DNA of 64,000 nucleotides from Acidobacteriota bacterium (GTDB lineage Bacteria > Acidobacteriota > Polarisedimenticolia > JAPUKU01), in NCBI GenBank assembly GCA_027295505.1, contig JAPUKU010000084.1:5926-69925 (forward strand). The letters are read 5' to 3'. A model generated the notes under the pieces. That model was not told the origin of the DNA. It worked only from the letters and a program-made list of their open reading frames with translations, and did not search any database. Both the position numbers and the translations under genes were made by a program. Numbering within the stretch: position 1 is the first letter of the stretch; each line of letters starts with the position of its first letter. Shown here piece by piece: positions 55,415 through 64,000 of the stretch.

Positions 55415-55920
55415 TCGTACGGCTCAGGCGCGGACGGCGCGTCCACGAGGTCGGCGTCACAGAAGTCGATGGGCGTCCGCAGGTGAGCATTGACGGCGAG
55501 CCGTTTGAGGCTGACATCGTCAGGCTGGCGGACGGTGTCTACTCGCTCATTGCCGGTAACCGCTCGATCGAAGTGGCGGTCAACCGGCGGGGAGATGACT
55601 GGGAAGCGACGACCGATGGCCGGACCTACCGCCTGCAGCTGAGTGACGGGGCAATGGCTGCGGGGCATGCCAGCACGGAAGGCAGGGGTCCGTACGAGCT
55701 TCGTGCCACACTCCCCGGGAAGATCCTCGAGGTGCACGTGGCGCCTGGCCAGGAGGTTCAGGAAGGGGCCGGGCTCGTCGTGGTCGAGGCAATGAAGATG
55801 GAAAACGAGCTGCGCGCCCCCTTCAATGCCCACGTGGAGAAGATCGCGGTCGAGAAGGGCCAGACCGTCGAGAGGGGAGCCTTGTTGTGTGTGTTGTCTC
55901 CGCAGAAAGGCAAGGAATAG
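55411..55920 (+). CDS. Biotin carboxyl carrier (biotinyl/lipoyl-domain) protein. It is a separate ORF in another frame; the track lists an ATG start at 55345.
   Basis: LVVVEAMKMENELRAPFNAHVEKIAVEKGQTVERGALLCVL contains the AMKM biotinylation motif. The GTG at 55411 overlaps the upstream TGA as GTGA. The alternative ATG at 55345 gives a 70-nt out-of-frame overlap. Confidence 0.6.
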
Positions 55921-55943
55921 CGCCGTCCGGGGGGAGCGATTGT

Positions 55944-56801
55944 TCAGGGATAGATGGCGAGATCGAGAGCGGTGAGGACGAAGAAGCCGACGCTCAACCA
56001 GCCGTTGGCAGTGAAGAAGGCGGCGTTGACGCGGGACAGATCGTCGGGCCGCACCAGGCTGTGCTCAATCCACAGGATAATTCCGACCAGAACAATTCCC
56101 GCGGCGAATAGCAGGCTCCTACCGCACAGGACTCCCACCCACACCAGGAGCCCGATCATGGCCATGTGAAGCGCGGTGGAAACCCGCAGCGCCGACACGA
56201 TCCCCAGCCTCCGCGGCAGCGAGTGGAGCCCAACTTTTTCGTCGAACCTGACATCCTGGCAGGCATAGATGATGTCGAAGCCGGCCGTCCAGCATAGGAC
56301 GGCCAGTGCCAGTAGGAGCGGAGCCATGTCGATCGTTCCACGCACAGCAACCCAGCCTCCCACCGGTGCGATGCCCAGCGCCAGGCCCAGAAACAGGTGG
56401 GTTGTGGAAGTGAACCGCTTGGTGAGTGAGTAGCCGAGAACGATGACCAGTGCCGGCCAGGAGAGCCAGAATGCCAGCCGGTTCAGCATGGCGGCCGAGG
56501 CGATGAAGAGCAGGGCAGACGCAGCCAGGAAAAACCACGCGGACGGTAGGCTCAGGGTGCCGCTTACCAGTGGCCGGTTGACCGTGCGGGGATTGAGGGC
56601 GTCGTAATGCAGATCGGCGATTCGGTTGAAGGCCATGGCGGTGCTGCGCGCACCGACCATGGCGAGCGTCACCCACGCGGTAGTGCGGGCGCCGGGCCAT
56701 CCGCCTGCCGCCAGCGCCGCTCCCAAAAATGCGAACGGGAGCGCGAACAGGGTGTGCTCGAACTTGATGAACTCATAAAGTGTGTGCAGGCGGGAGGACA
56801 C
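55944..56801 (-). CDS. ubiA: UbiA-family aromatic prenyltransferase (4-hydroxybenzoate polyprenyltransferase-like).
   Basis: FNRIADLHYDALNPRTVNRPLVSG is the NxxxDxxxD motif. A second Asp-rich motif and about nine TM helices are present. Confidence 0.75.
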   Translation of the reverse strand: MSSRLHTLYEFIKFEHTLFALPFAFLGAALAAGGWPGARTTAWVTLAMVGARSTAMAFNRIADLHYDALNPRTVNRPLVSGTLSLPSAWFFLAASALLFIASAAMLNRLAFWLSWPALVIVLGYSLTKRFTSTTHLFLGLALGIAPVGGWVAVRGTIDMAPLLLALAVLCWTAGFDIIYACQDVRFDEKVGLHSLPRRLGIVSALRVSTALHMAMIGLLVWVGVLCGRSLLFAAGIVLVGIILWIEHSLVRPDDLSRVNAAFFTANGWLSVGFFVLTALDLAIYP

Positions 56802-56813
56802 GGCCCAGAGGCC

Positions 56814-57440
56814 TCAGTCCTTGCGTGAGGCCGCTTCGCGGCCGGTCCAGCGCACACCCAGCGAGTGAGGCAGGCTCAGGTGGTCGAGCACGCGGGCGAC
56901 GTACTGATCGATGATGTCGTCAAGGTTCTTCGGACGGTGATAGAACGCTGGAGCCACAGGGAAGATCGTTGCCCCGGCGCGCGCCAGGCGCTGCATGTTC
57001 TCGATGTGGATCAGGTGCAGCGGTGTCTCGCGGAAGCAGAGGAGCAATGGCCGCCGCTCCTTGAGAGTGACGTCTGCGGCGCGGTGCATCAAGTTGTGGG
57101 TCACACCGCCGGCCAGGCACCCGAGCGTGTTGGCGCTACACGGGACGATTACCATGCCCCGGGTTTGGAAGGAACCGCTCGCGATGGTGGCGCCTACATC
57201 TTCGTTCGGATGCAGGTGAACCCGCCGACCCGCCAGTTCACCCAGGAGGCCGCGGAGCATGCGCTCTCCCGCCCCCTCGATTCCCATCTCCTCGAGGAGC
57301 ATCATGCGGCCGTGCTTAGACACCACCAGGTGCACTTCGGTCTGCTTCGTTTCGAGTATCGCCCTGATCAGGCGCGATGCCAGAGGCGCACCGCTGGCGC
57401 CGGTGACACCGACTACGACGGGAAATCCGGGATCTGTCAT
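56814..57440 (-). CDS. ubiX: Flavin prenyltransferase UbiX (Pad1 family).
   Basis: VVVGVTGASGAPLASRLIRAIL...VHLVVSKHG...GMVIVPCSANTLGCLAGG. Confidence 0.85.
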   Translation of the reverse strand: MTDPGFPVVVGVTGASGAPLASRLIRAILETKQTEVHLVVSKHGRMMLLEEMGIEGAGERMLRGLLGELAGRRVHLHPNEDVGATIASGSFQTRGMVIVPCSANTLGCLAGGVTHNLMHRAADVTLKERRPLLLCFRETPLHLIHIENMQRLARAGATIFPVAPAFYHRPKNLDDIIDQYVARVLDHLSLPHSLGVRWTGREAASRKD

Positions 57441-57790
57441 ATTCCATCTCCGGAATTATTTTTCAGGAACGTATTGAGTTGATCCTGATCGGCGGGCTGC
57501 ATCTTCGTGAAATAGAGTGCGACGTCATAAGAGCCCTCGCTGCCTGACTCGCTGGAAGGTTGTACTCGAACCACGACCGCTTCGGCGTCCAGCCTCCGGG
57601 GAGATTCGCCTTCGGGAAGCAGGAGAGATACTCCCAGCCGGGTCATCAGGGGCAGGAAGTAACGGCTGCGACAGTAGGCTCCGCACAGGCTGATGTTCAG
57701 CGTTCGGATCTCAAACCGGCCCTCCGGTTCGGAGGTGATCTCGAGGCTGAGATGCTGGGCCTGGCGCGGAGCGGCGCGTTGCTCGGGCAT
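57437..57790 (-). CDS. Small PilZ-domain protein (117 aa). It is embedded in the 253-aa track ORF 57437..58198.
   Basis: MPEQRAAPRQAQHLSLEI...RTLNISLCGAY carries the RxxxR ... NxSxxG PilZ signature. Its stop overlaps the ubiX start by 4 nt. The upstream part of the track ORF overlaps the LarB-like gene on the other strand and is not protein-like. Confidence 0.5.
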   Translation of the reverse strand: MPEQRAAPRQAQHLSLEITSEPEGRFEIRTLNISLCGAYCRSRYFLPLMTRLGVSLLLPEGESPRRLDAEAVVVRVQPSSESGSEGSYDVALYFTKMQPADQDQLNTFLKNNSGDGI

Positions 57791-57976
57791 CTTGTAAGGC
57801 TCTGCGCGATGATAGGGGGGGCAGAGCCGCGGAGTCAAGCACGGTGCTTCTATATAATGTAATCTCGTGTTGCCCTGGTTATTTGCGGCTGGAATTCCGG
57901 AGCGCCGTTGGGAGGCCTCCGCGGGCGTCAGCACAGGAGGGCAGGGGAGAACTGTGCATAGCGTGGGCGTGAGACG

Positions 57977-58765
57977 GTGAACGAACGCCAGGTGAGGAAG
58001 CTCCTGGAGGGCGTGCGCGCCGGACGCCTGAGGCTCGACCAGGCGCTCGATCGTCTGCGCACGTTGCCGTATGAAGATCTCGGGTTCGCGCGTCTTGACA
58101 CGCATCGGGACCTGCGGCGGGGGTTTCCGGAGATCGTTTACGGGGAAGGAAAGAGCGAGGATCAGATCGTAAAGATCGCGCGCCGTCTCCACCGGCATGG
58201 TTCTCCGGTCCTGATCTCACGCCTGGGGCCGATCATGCTCAAGCGCCTGCGCCGGCGCCTGCGGGGCCTGAAAGACCTCGCCCCCGCCCGGCTCGCTCTC
58301 ATGGGCTCCATTCCCCGACCCGCCCGGGGAGCCGATGTCCTGGTCATTGCAGCGGGAACGGCCGATCTTCCGGTGGCAGAAGAGGCCGCGGTCATGGCAT
58401 CGCTGCTGGGGTGCGCCGTGGACCGGCTCACGGATGTGGGTGTGGCGGGGGTGCACCGCCTGTTCGGGGAGCTGCCCCGCCTGAGACGGGCGCGCGCAGT
58501 GGTGGTTGTGGCCGGCATGGAGGGGGCTCTGCCGAGCCTGGTTGCCGGTCTTCTGGACCGGCCTGTCATTGGAGTGCCGACCAGCATTGGCTACGGGACC
58601 GGACTCAAAGGGGTCGCTGCCCTGATGAGCATGCTCAACTCCTGCGCTACCGGCCTCCTGGTCGTGAACATCGACAATGGCCTGGGCGCAGGCTACTCTG
58701 CTGGTATTATTGCCAAGGGATCACAAGAGAAAAAACAGAAAAAACAGACTAAACGGAATTCATGA
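57977..58765 (+). CDS. larB: LarB-family (PurE-like) nucleotide carboxylase (nickel-pincer cofactor biosynthesis LarB-like), GTG start.
   Basis: VLVIAAGTADLPVAEEAAVMASLLG...VVVAGMEGALPSLVAGLLDRPVIGVPTSIGYGTGLKGVAALMSMLNSC matches the PurE/LarB C-terminal domain. Confidence 0.65.
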   Translation: MNERQVRKLLEGVRAGRLRLDQALDRLRTLPYEDLGFARLDTHRDLRRGFPEIVYGEGKSEDQIVKIARRLHRHGSPVLISRLGPIMLKRLRRRLRGLKDLAPARLALMGSIPRPARGADVLVIAAGTADLPVAEEAAVMASLLGCAVDRLTDVGVAGVHRLFGELPRLRRARAVVVVAGMEGALPSLVAGLLDRPVIGVPTSIGYGTGLKGVAALMSMLNSCATGLLVVNIDNGLGAGYSAGIIAKGSQEKKQKKQTKRNS

Positions 58766-58878
58766 ATAGACACGAGAACTCACATGCGTGGTTTTTTTTG
58801 GATCGCTGGTGTGTAAACGTTGTGAATAAATGAGATAGATTGAAGACCGCCCAGCATTAATATAGGCAGTCCTCTCTC

Positions 58879-58907
58879 TTGACTTAGACTACAAATCTGC
58901 ATATATT
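58879..58907 (+). promoter_or_regulatory. Consensus sigma-70 promoter (TTGACT-17-TATATT) in the AT-rich spacer upstream of rpsU.
   Basis: I read it directly. It lies ~185 nt upstream of the rpsU ATG, so it could give a long leader or drive an unannotated sRNA. Confidence 0.35.
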
Positions 58908-59016
58908 TCTGGGGCAAAGGTGGGCGGCTAGTCTTAGTGTTCCCCCCAGGCTGCGACATACACCTTTCACAAAAACAGTGTGCCCTTAAGTCGGATGTTG
59001 CTTCTATCTCCTTTCT

Positions 59017-59045
59017 TTGACGGAGGTAAGGGGCTGGAGTAGACT
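59017..59045 (+). promoter_or_regulatory. Putative rpsU operon promoter (TTGACG-17-TAGACT).
   Basis: It lies ~48 nt upstream of the rpsU ATG. A GGAGG RBS is 8 nt before the ATG. Confidence 0.4.
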
Positions 59046-59092
59046 GTCCGGCCAGGCATTGCTCATTCCTGAGAGAGAGGAGGATCGAATGC

Positions 59093-59299
59093 ATGCCTGT
59101 CATCAAGGTTCGGGAGGACGAGTCGCTTGAGAGCGCGCTGAGGCGCTTCAAGCGGAAGTGCGAGAAATCAGGTGTTCTCTCGGAGCTCAAGAAGAGACAA
59201 CACTACGAGAAGCCGAGCGCAAAGCGCAAGCGTAAGCAATTGGCGGCCAAGAAGAAAGCAATGAAGCGACTGGCGCAGGACCGCCGGTTGCACGGCTAG
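59093..59299 (+). CDS. rpsU: 30S ribosomal protein S21.
   Basis: [48 protein letters not shown]. Confidence 0.9.
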   Translation: MPVIKVREDESLESALRRFKRKCEKSGVLSELKKRQHYEKPSAKRKRKQLAAKKKAMKRLAQDRRLHG

Positions 59300-59368
59300 T
59301 CTCGGGTCCCGCGCACCTTGCCCCATCTGGGTGAGATCGCCGGTCCCGCACCAGGCTAAGAGGAGGAG

Positions 59369-61144
59369 GTGGTGGCCGAGGCTGGGAACCTGAAGGGAAG
59401 ATCTTCTCCCTTCACCCGGTTTGTCGACGAGGTGAGGCAGACAGCCGACCTCGTAACTCTCGTGTCCCCCCATGTCCCGCTGAAGCGCAGCGGGAACAAG
59501 TTAAAAGGGCTCTGCCCGTTTCACCAGGAGAAGACTCCTTCCTTCTACGTTGACGAAACGAAGCAGCTGTTCTACTGCTTTGGATGTGGCAAGGGGGGAG
59601 ACGCCTTCAAATTCCTGATGATGCAGGAGAAGGTGGAGTTCATCGAGGCAGCGCGCATGCTGGGCGAGCAGTTTGGTATCCGCCCGCCGGAGCGCGACGT
59701 GGCCGGAGCAGCGGCTCGCGAGCGCGTGGGCGCAGTCTTGGAAGCGGCCAGGCAGTTTTATCATGAGCGTCTTCTCGATCGTACGACCGGGGCGGCTGCA
59801 AGAGCGTACCTCAAGAAGCGTGGCGTCACGGGCGAGACAGCCAGGCGCCTCGAGCTTGGCTACGCGCCGCCGGGTTGGGAGTCGTTGCGTGGCGCGTTGA
59901 TGGCCAAGGGTTTTGCCGAGCCGGCGCTGATCGATGCCGGCTTGCTGGTTCGGCGTCAGACAGGCGGCTCGTACGACCGGTTCAGGAACCGTATCCTGTT
60001 TCCGATCCGGAACGTGTCGGGACGGTGTCTGGGTTTTGGTGGACGCGGCCTGGGCGAGGAGGAGCCGAAGTACCTGAACTCGCCGGAGAGCGTCGCGTAC
60101 CGGAAGGGCGAGCATCTTTTCGGTCTGGACCTGACGGGCCAGGCAGTGCGCTCGCAGGGAACCGCGGTTCTGGTCGAGGGGTACATGGACTTCCTGTCCG
60201 TGTTCCAGGCCGGAATCGAGAACGTTGTGGCTCCGCTGGGCACGGCGTTTACGGGGAGCCAGGCGACCCTGCTGCGCAGGTTCTGCAACCGGGTTGTGCT
60301 GGGGTTTGATTCGGACCGCGCCGGTCTTGCAGCCGCGGAGCGTGCGTTGGGGCAGCTGTTGCCGCTCGGTTTCACGGTGCAGATTCTGGAGCTGCCCGAG
60401 GGCCACGATCCGGACTCGTTCGTTCGCGAGACCGGAGCCGATAGTTTGCGGAAGCGCATCGAGGGGGCCCGCGGATGGTTCGAGGTCGTGCTCGAGCGTG
60501 AACTCGCCGGCAAGAGCGTTGCGAGCCTCGCTGACCGGATTGCGGCCGTGGAGCGGCTCGGGCCGCTGGTTCTGAAGTCACCGAACCGGCTGGAGCGTGC
60601 GGCCCATGCGGCGCTGCTGGCACAGCGCCTTGGGGTCGAGGAAGGCGTACTCTGGAGCGAGCTTCGGCGGGGGACTCAGCCCGAGGCGGGAGCGAGCAGG
60701 GCGAGCCGTCTCGCGCCGTCCGCGCCGGAGCAGAGCCCGGCGGAGTACCGGCTCGTGCGCATGCTGCTTGAGGAGCCGGCGTGGCAGCAGCGCCTGGTGC
60801 CGCGCCTCGAGGAGAGCGATTTTAGGGATCTCCGGGTGCGGCGAATTGTTGGCCTGATGGCAGAAGGTCTGCGACTCGGGCATTGCCGGGGTACCGGCGA
60901 CATGCTCCAGGCGTTGGGGGAAGACCCGGCGCGGGATTTGTTGGCGAGGTTTGCGGTGGAGTCCGCGCCTTCGCCGAGCCAGGAGGAAGCAGAAGCCTGT
61001 ACTCAGGCGCTTGAGCGTCGCCGGTTGCAATGCGAGCGGCGGAAGATTCAGGATGAGATGGAGGCAGAAACCGATCCTGTGCGCATCGGCAGTTTGATGC
61101 AGCGCAAGATGAGTCTCAGCAAGCAAATCGACACCCTGTCATGA
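59369..61144 (+). CDS. dnaG: DNA primase DnaG.
   Basis: The CHC2 zinc finger is CPFHQEKTPSFYVDETKQLFYCFGCGKGGDAFKFLM. The Toprim core is LVEGYMDFLSVFQAG. Confidence 0.95.
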   Translation: MVAEAGNLKGRSSPFTRFVDEVRQTADLVTLVSPHVPLKRSGNKLKGLCPFHQEKTPSFYVDETKQLFYCFGCGKGGDAFKFLMMQEKVEFIEAARMLGEQFGIRPPERDVAGAAARERVGAVLEAARQFYHERLLDRTTGAAARAYLKKRGVTGETARRLELGYAPPGWESLRGALMAKGFAEPALIDAGLLVRRQTGGSYDRFRNRILFPIRNVSGRCLGFGGRGLGEEEPKYLNSPESVAYRKGEHLFGLDLTGQAVRSQGTAVLVEGYMDFLSVFQAGIENVVAPLGTAFTGSQATLLRRFCNRVVLGFDSDRAGLAAAERALGQLLPLGFTVQILELPEGHDPDSFVRETGADSLRKRIEGARGWFEVVLERELAGKSVASLADRIAAVERLGPLVLKSPNRLERAAHAALLAQRLGVEEGVLWSELRRGTQPEAGASRASRLAPSAPEQSPAEYRLVRMLLEEPAWQQRLVPRLEESDFRDLRVRRIVGLMAEGLRLGHCRGTGDMLQALGEDPARDLLARFAVESAPSPSQEEAEACTQALERRRLQCERRKIQDEMEAETDPVRIGSLMQRKMSLSKQIDTLS

Positions 61145-61179
61145 TTTGACGGGACGCCTGTTGCTGATGGAGAAGGACC

Positions 61180-62868
<1,689 letters not shown>

Positions 62869-62889
62869 TGCATGGATGATGTGTTCACC

Positions 62890-62925
62890 AACCGGCCGGG
62901 CCTTCACCCGGCCGGTTCTGTTTTT
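62890..62925 (+). terminator. Rho-independent terminator after rpoD.
   Basis: The stem AACCGGCCGGG and CCCGGCCGGTT flanks loop ccttca, followed by CTGTTTTT. Confidence 0.7.
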
Positions 62926-63145
62926 GGGGGGGATGTGGAAGTCATATCGGGCTGCGCCAACTCCGGCGGCAGCACAGGTCAACGCCCCTTCCTCGGCCTA
63001 GAGGGGGTGGCCTCCACCTGGTAATGCGTTTCGCCGAATTGTGGCCTGAACACAAGCTTGCGAGGGCTGGCGTTGACGGTTAACTGGAACGGGTGATATA
63101 ACTAATTTATTGTAGACATTGAAGTTCGGGTTCAGAACGTGTAAC

Positions 63146-63222
63146 GGGCCCATAGCTCAGTCGGTTAGAGCAGCTGACTCATAATCAGTTGGTCCTAGGT
63201 TCAAATCCTAGTGGGCCCACCA
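63146..63222 (+). tRNA. tRNA-Met (anticodon CAT; elongator-type G1:C72), or tRNA-Ile2 if lysidinylated; includes the encoded CCA.
   Basis: The sequence is GGGCCCATAGCTCAGTCGGTTAGAGCAGCTGACTCATAATCAGTTGGTCCTAGGTTCAAATCCTAGTGGGCCCACCA. It folds into a cloverleaf with a 7-bp acceptor stem and anticodon loop CTCATAA. Confidence 0.85.
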
Positions 63223-63234
63223 TAAATGGGAGTG

Positions 63235-64000
63235 ATGAAAGAAATCATCCGATCGCTGGTGAAGTTACAGGACACCCTGGGAGCCATCGCCGAGGCCGAG
63301 CAGTTCGAGCGCAAGGCCCCCGAGCAGATCGAGGCGCTCGACCTGCGGCTGGAGGAGGCTGCCAGCGGCTTGAATGTGGTACGCGAGGAGCTCGCTGAAT
63401 CACAGAAGCAGCGCCGGGCCCTGGAAATGGACATAGCCTCGGTGGAAACTCAGATCAACCGCCATCAGGAACAAACGATGAGCGTCAAGACCAACGAGGC
63501 GTACCGCACTTTACAGCATGAGATCGAGGTAGAGCGTGCCAAGGTGAGCAAACTCGAGGATCGCGTCCTGGAGCTCATGGAGCATTCAGACCAACTGGAA
63601 GCGCGTATCAAGGTGCTGGAATCCGAGCACGTCCAGGCACGCGGGCGCACCGAGGAAGAAAAGCGGGGAGTTATGGAAAAGGGCCGGGCCGCTTCGAAGG
63701 AGCTCGAGCGCCTGCAGGAAGTGCGCAAGGGCAGCGAGTTGAAGATCCCCGCCGACACCCTGGAAAACTTCAACCGCATCGCCAGCGCTCGGGGCGGTGT
63801 GGGGATCGTTGTGGCGAAAAACGAGTTGTGCGGCGGCTGCAACGTGCGGTTGCGCCCCCAGATCTTTCAGGAAGTCCGCCGGGCCGAGGCGCTCCACTCG
63901 TGCGAATCGTGCAAACGTTACCTGTACTGTCCAGAGGAGCCACGCCCCGGTGATGCTGCGGTGGAGAGTTCGGGACCGGAGGCGGGGCGTGCCCCTGCCG
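63235..64000 (+). CDS. COG1579-type coiled-coil protein with a C-terminal C4 zinc ribbon, 3'-partial (runs off the right edge).
   Basis: My manual translation gives MKEIIRSLVKLQDTLGAIAEAEQFERKAPEQIEALDLRLEEA..., heptad-rich, then CGGCNVRLRPQ...HSCESCKRYLYC. It has no stop in the window and so is absent from the ORF track. Confidence 0.6.
   Translation, partial: MKEIIRSLVKLQDTLGAIAEAEQFERKAPEQIEALDLRLEEAASGLNVVREELAESQKQRRALEMDIASVETQINRHQEQTMSVKTNEAYRTLQHEIEVERAKVSKLEDRVLELMEHSDQLEARIKVLESEHVQARGRTEEEKRGVMEKGRAASKELERLQEVRKGSELKIPADTLENFNRIASARGGVGIVVAKNELCGGCNVRLRPQIFQEVRRAEALHSCESCKRYLYCPEEPRPGDAAVESSGPEAGRAPA

Noticed and set aside
57791-58198. N-terminal 136 codons of the 253-aa minus ORF.
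   Set aside because: It overlaps the LarB-like gene on the opposite strand and has a Pro-rich translation with no domain. Only the C-terminal PilZ-like 117 aa (from ATG 57790) are retained.

Overview
This is a high-GC bacterial chromosomal segment (Gram-negative features: SurA-like chaperones, an outer-membrane beta-barrel protein, YidC/YidD) that spans the replication-origin region. The core is rpmH-rnpA-yidD-yidC-jag...rsmG-parA-parB on the minus strand, meeting dnaA-dnaN-gyrB-gyrA on the plus strand at about 43.2-45.3 kb. Candidate oriC DnaA boxes and an AT-rich DUE lie in the dnaA-dnaN spacer, and two parS-like palindromes lie upstream of parA. Further left on the minus strand are the F1/OSCP part of an ATP synthase operon (atpHAGDC), a bactofilin gene translationally coupled to parB, mfd, two tandem SurA-like PPIases, an Hfq-like gene, and a block resembling the Firmicutes order (dprA-topA-trmFO-xerC-suhB). 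Further right are an acyl-CoA carboxylase set (carboxyltransferase, biotin carboxylase, BCCP), ubiA/ubiX with a small PilZ gene, a LarB-like gene, the rpsU-dnaG-rpoD operon, a tRNA-Met(CAT) and a COG1579 zinc-ribbon gene that runs off the right edge. The most accessory-looking parts are listed here. (i) A >2,340-aa secreted RHS/YD-repeat protein with Cys-rich DxDNDxDG metal-binding repeats and FN3 domains fills 1-7026. It runs off the left edge and is absent from the ORF track because it has no stop inside the window. (ii) A compact three-gene exopolysaccharide module at 8.7-13.7 kb is predicted to be c-di-GMP-controlled through a PilZ domain: a NodC/HAS-like GT2, a TPR plus beta-barrel porin, and a BcsA-like GT2-PilZ. 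There is no BcsB. (iii) A polyprenyl-P-sugar synthase (GT2) and a GT39/83 ArnT/PMT-like transferase sit in the origin operon where mnmE/mnmG normally are. (iv) The biotin carboxylase and BCCP ORFs are split, overlap and are in different frames. No CRISPR array, transposase/IS or prophage signal was seen. All calls come from reading the sequence and motif recognition; no database search was run.
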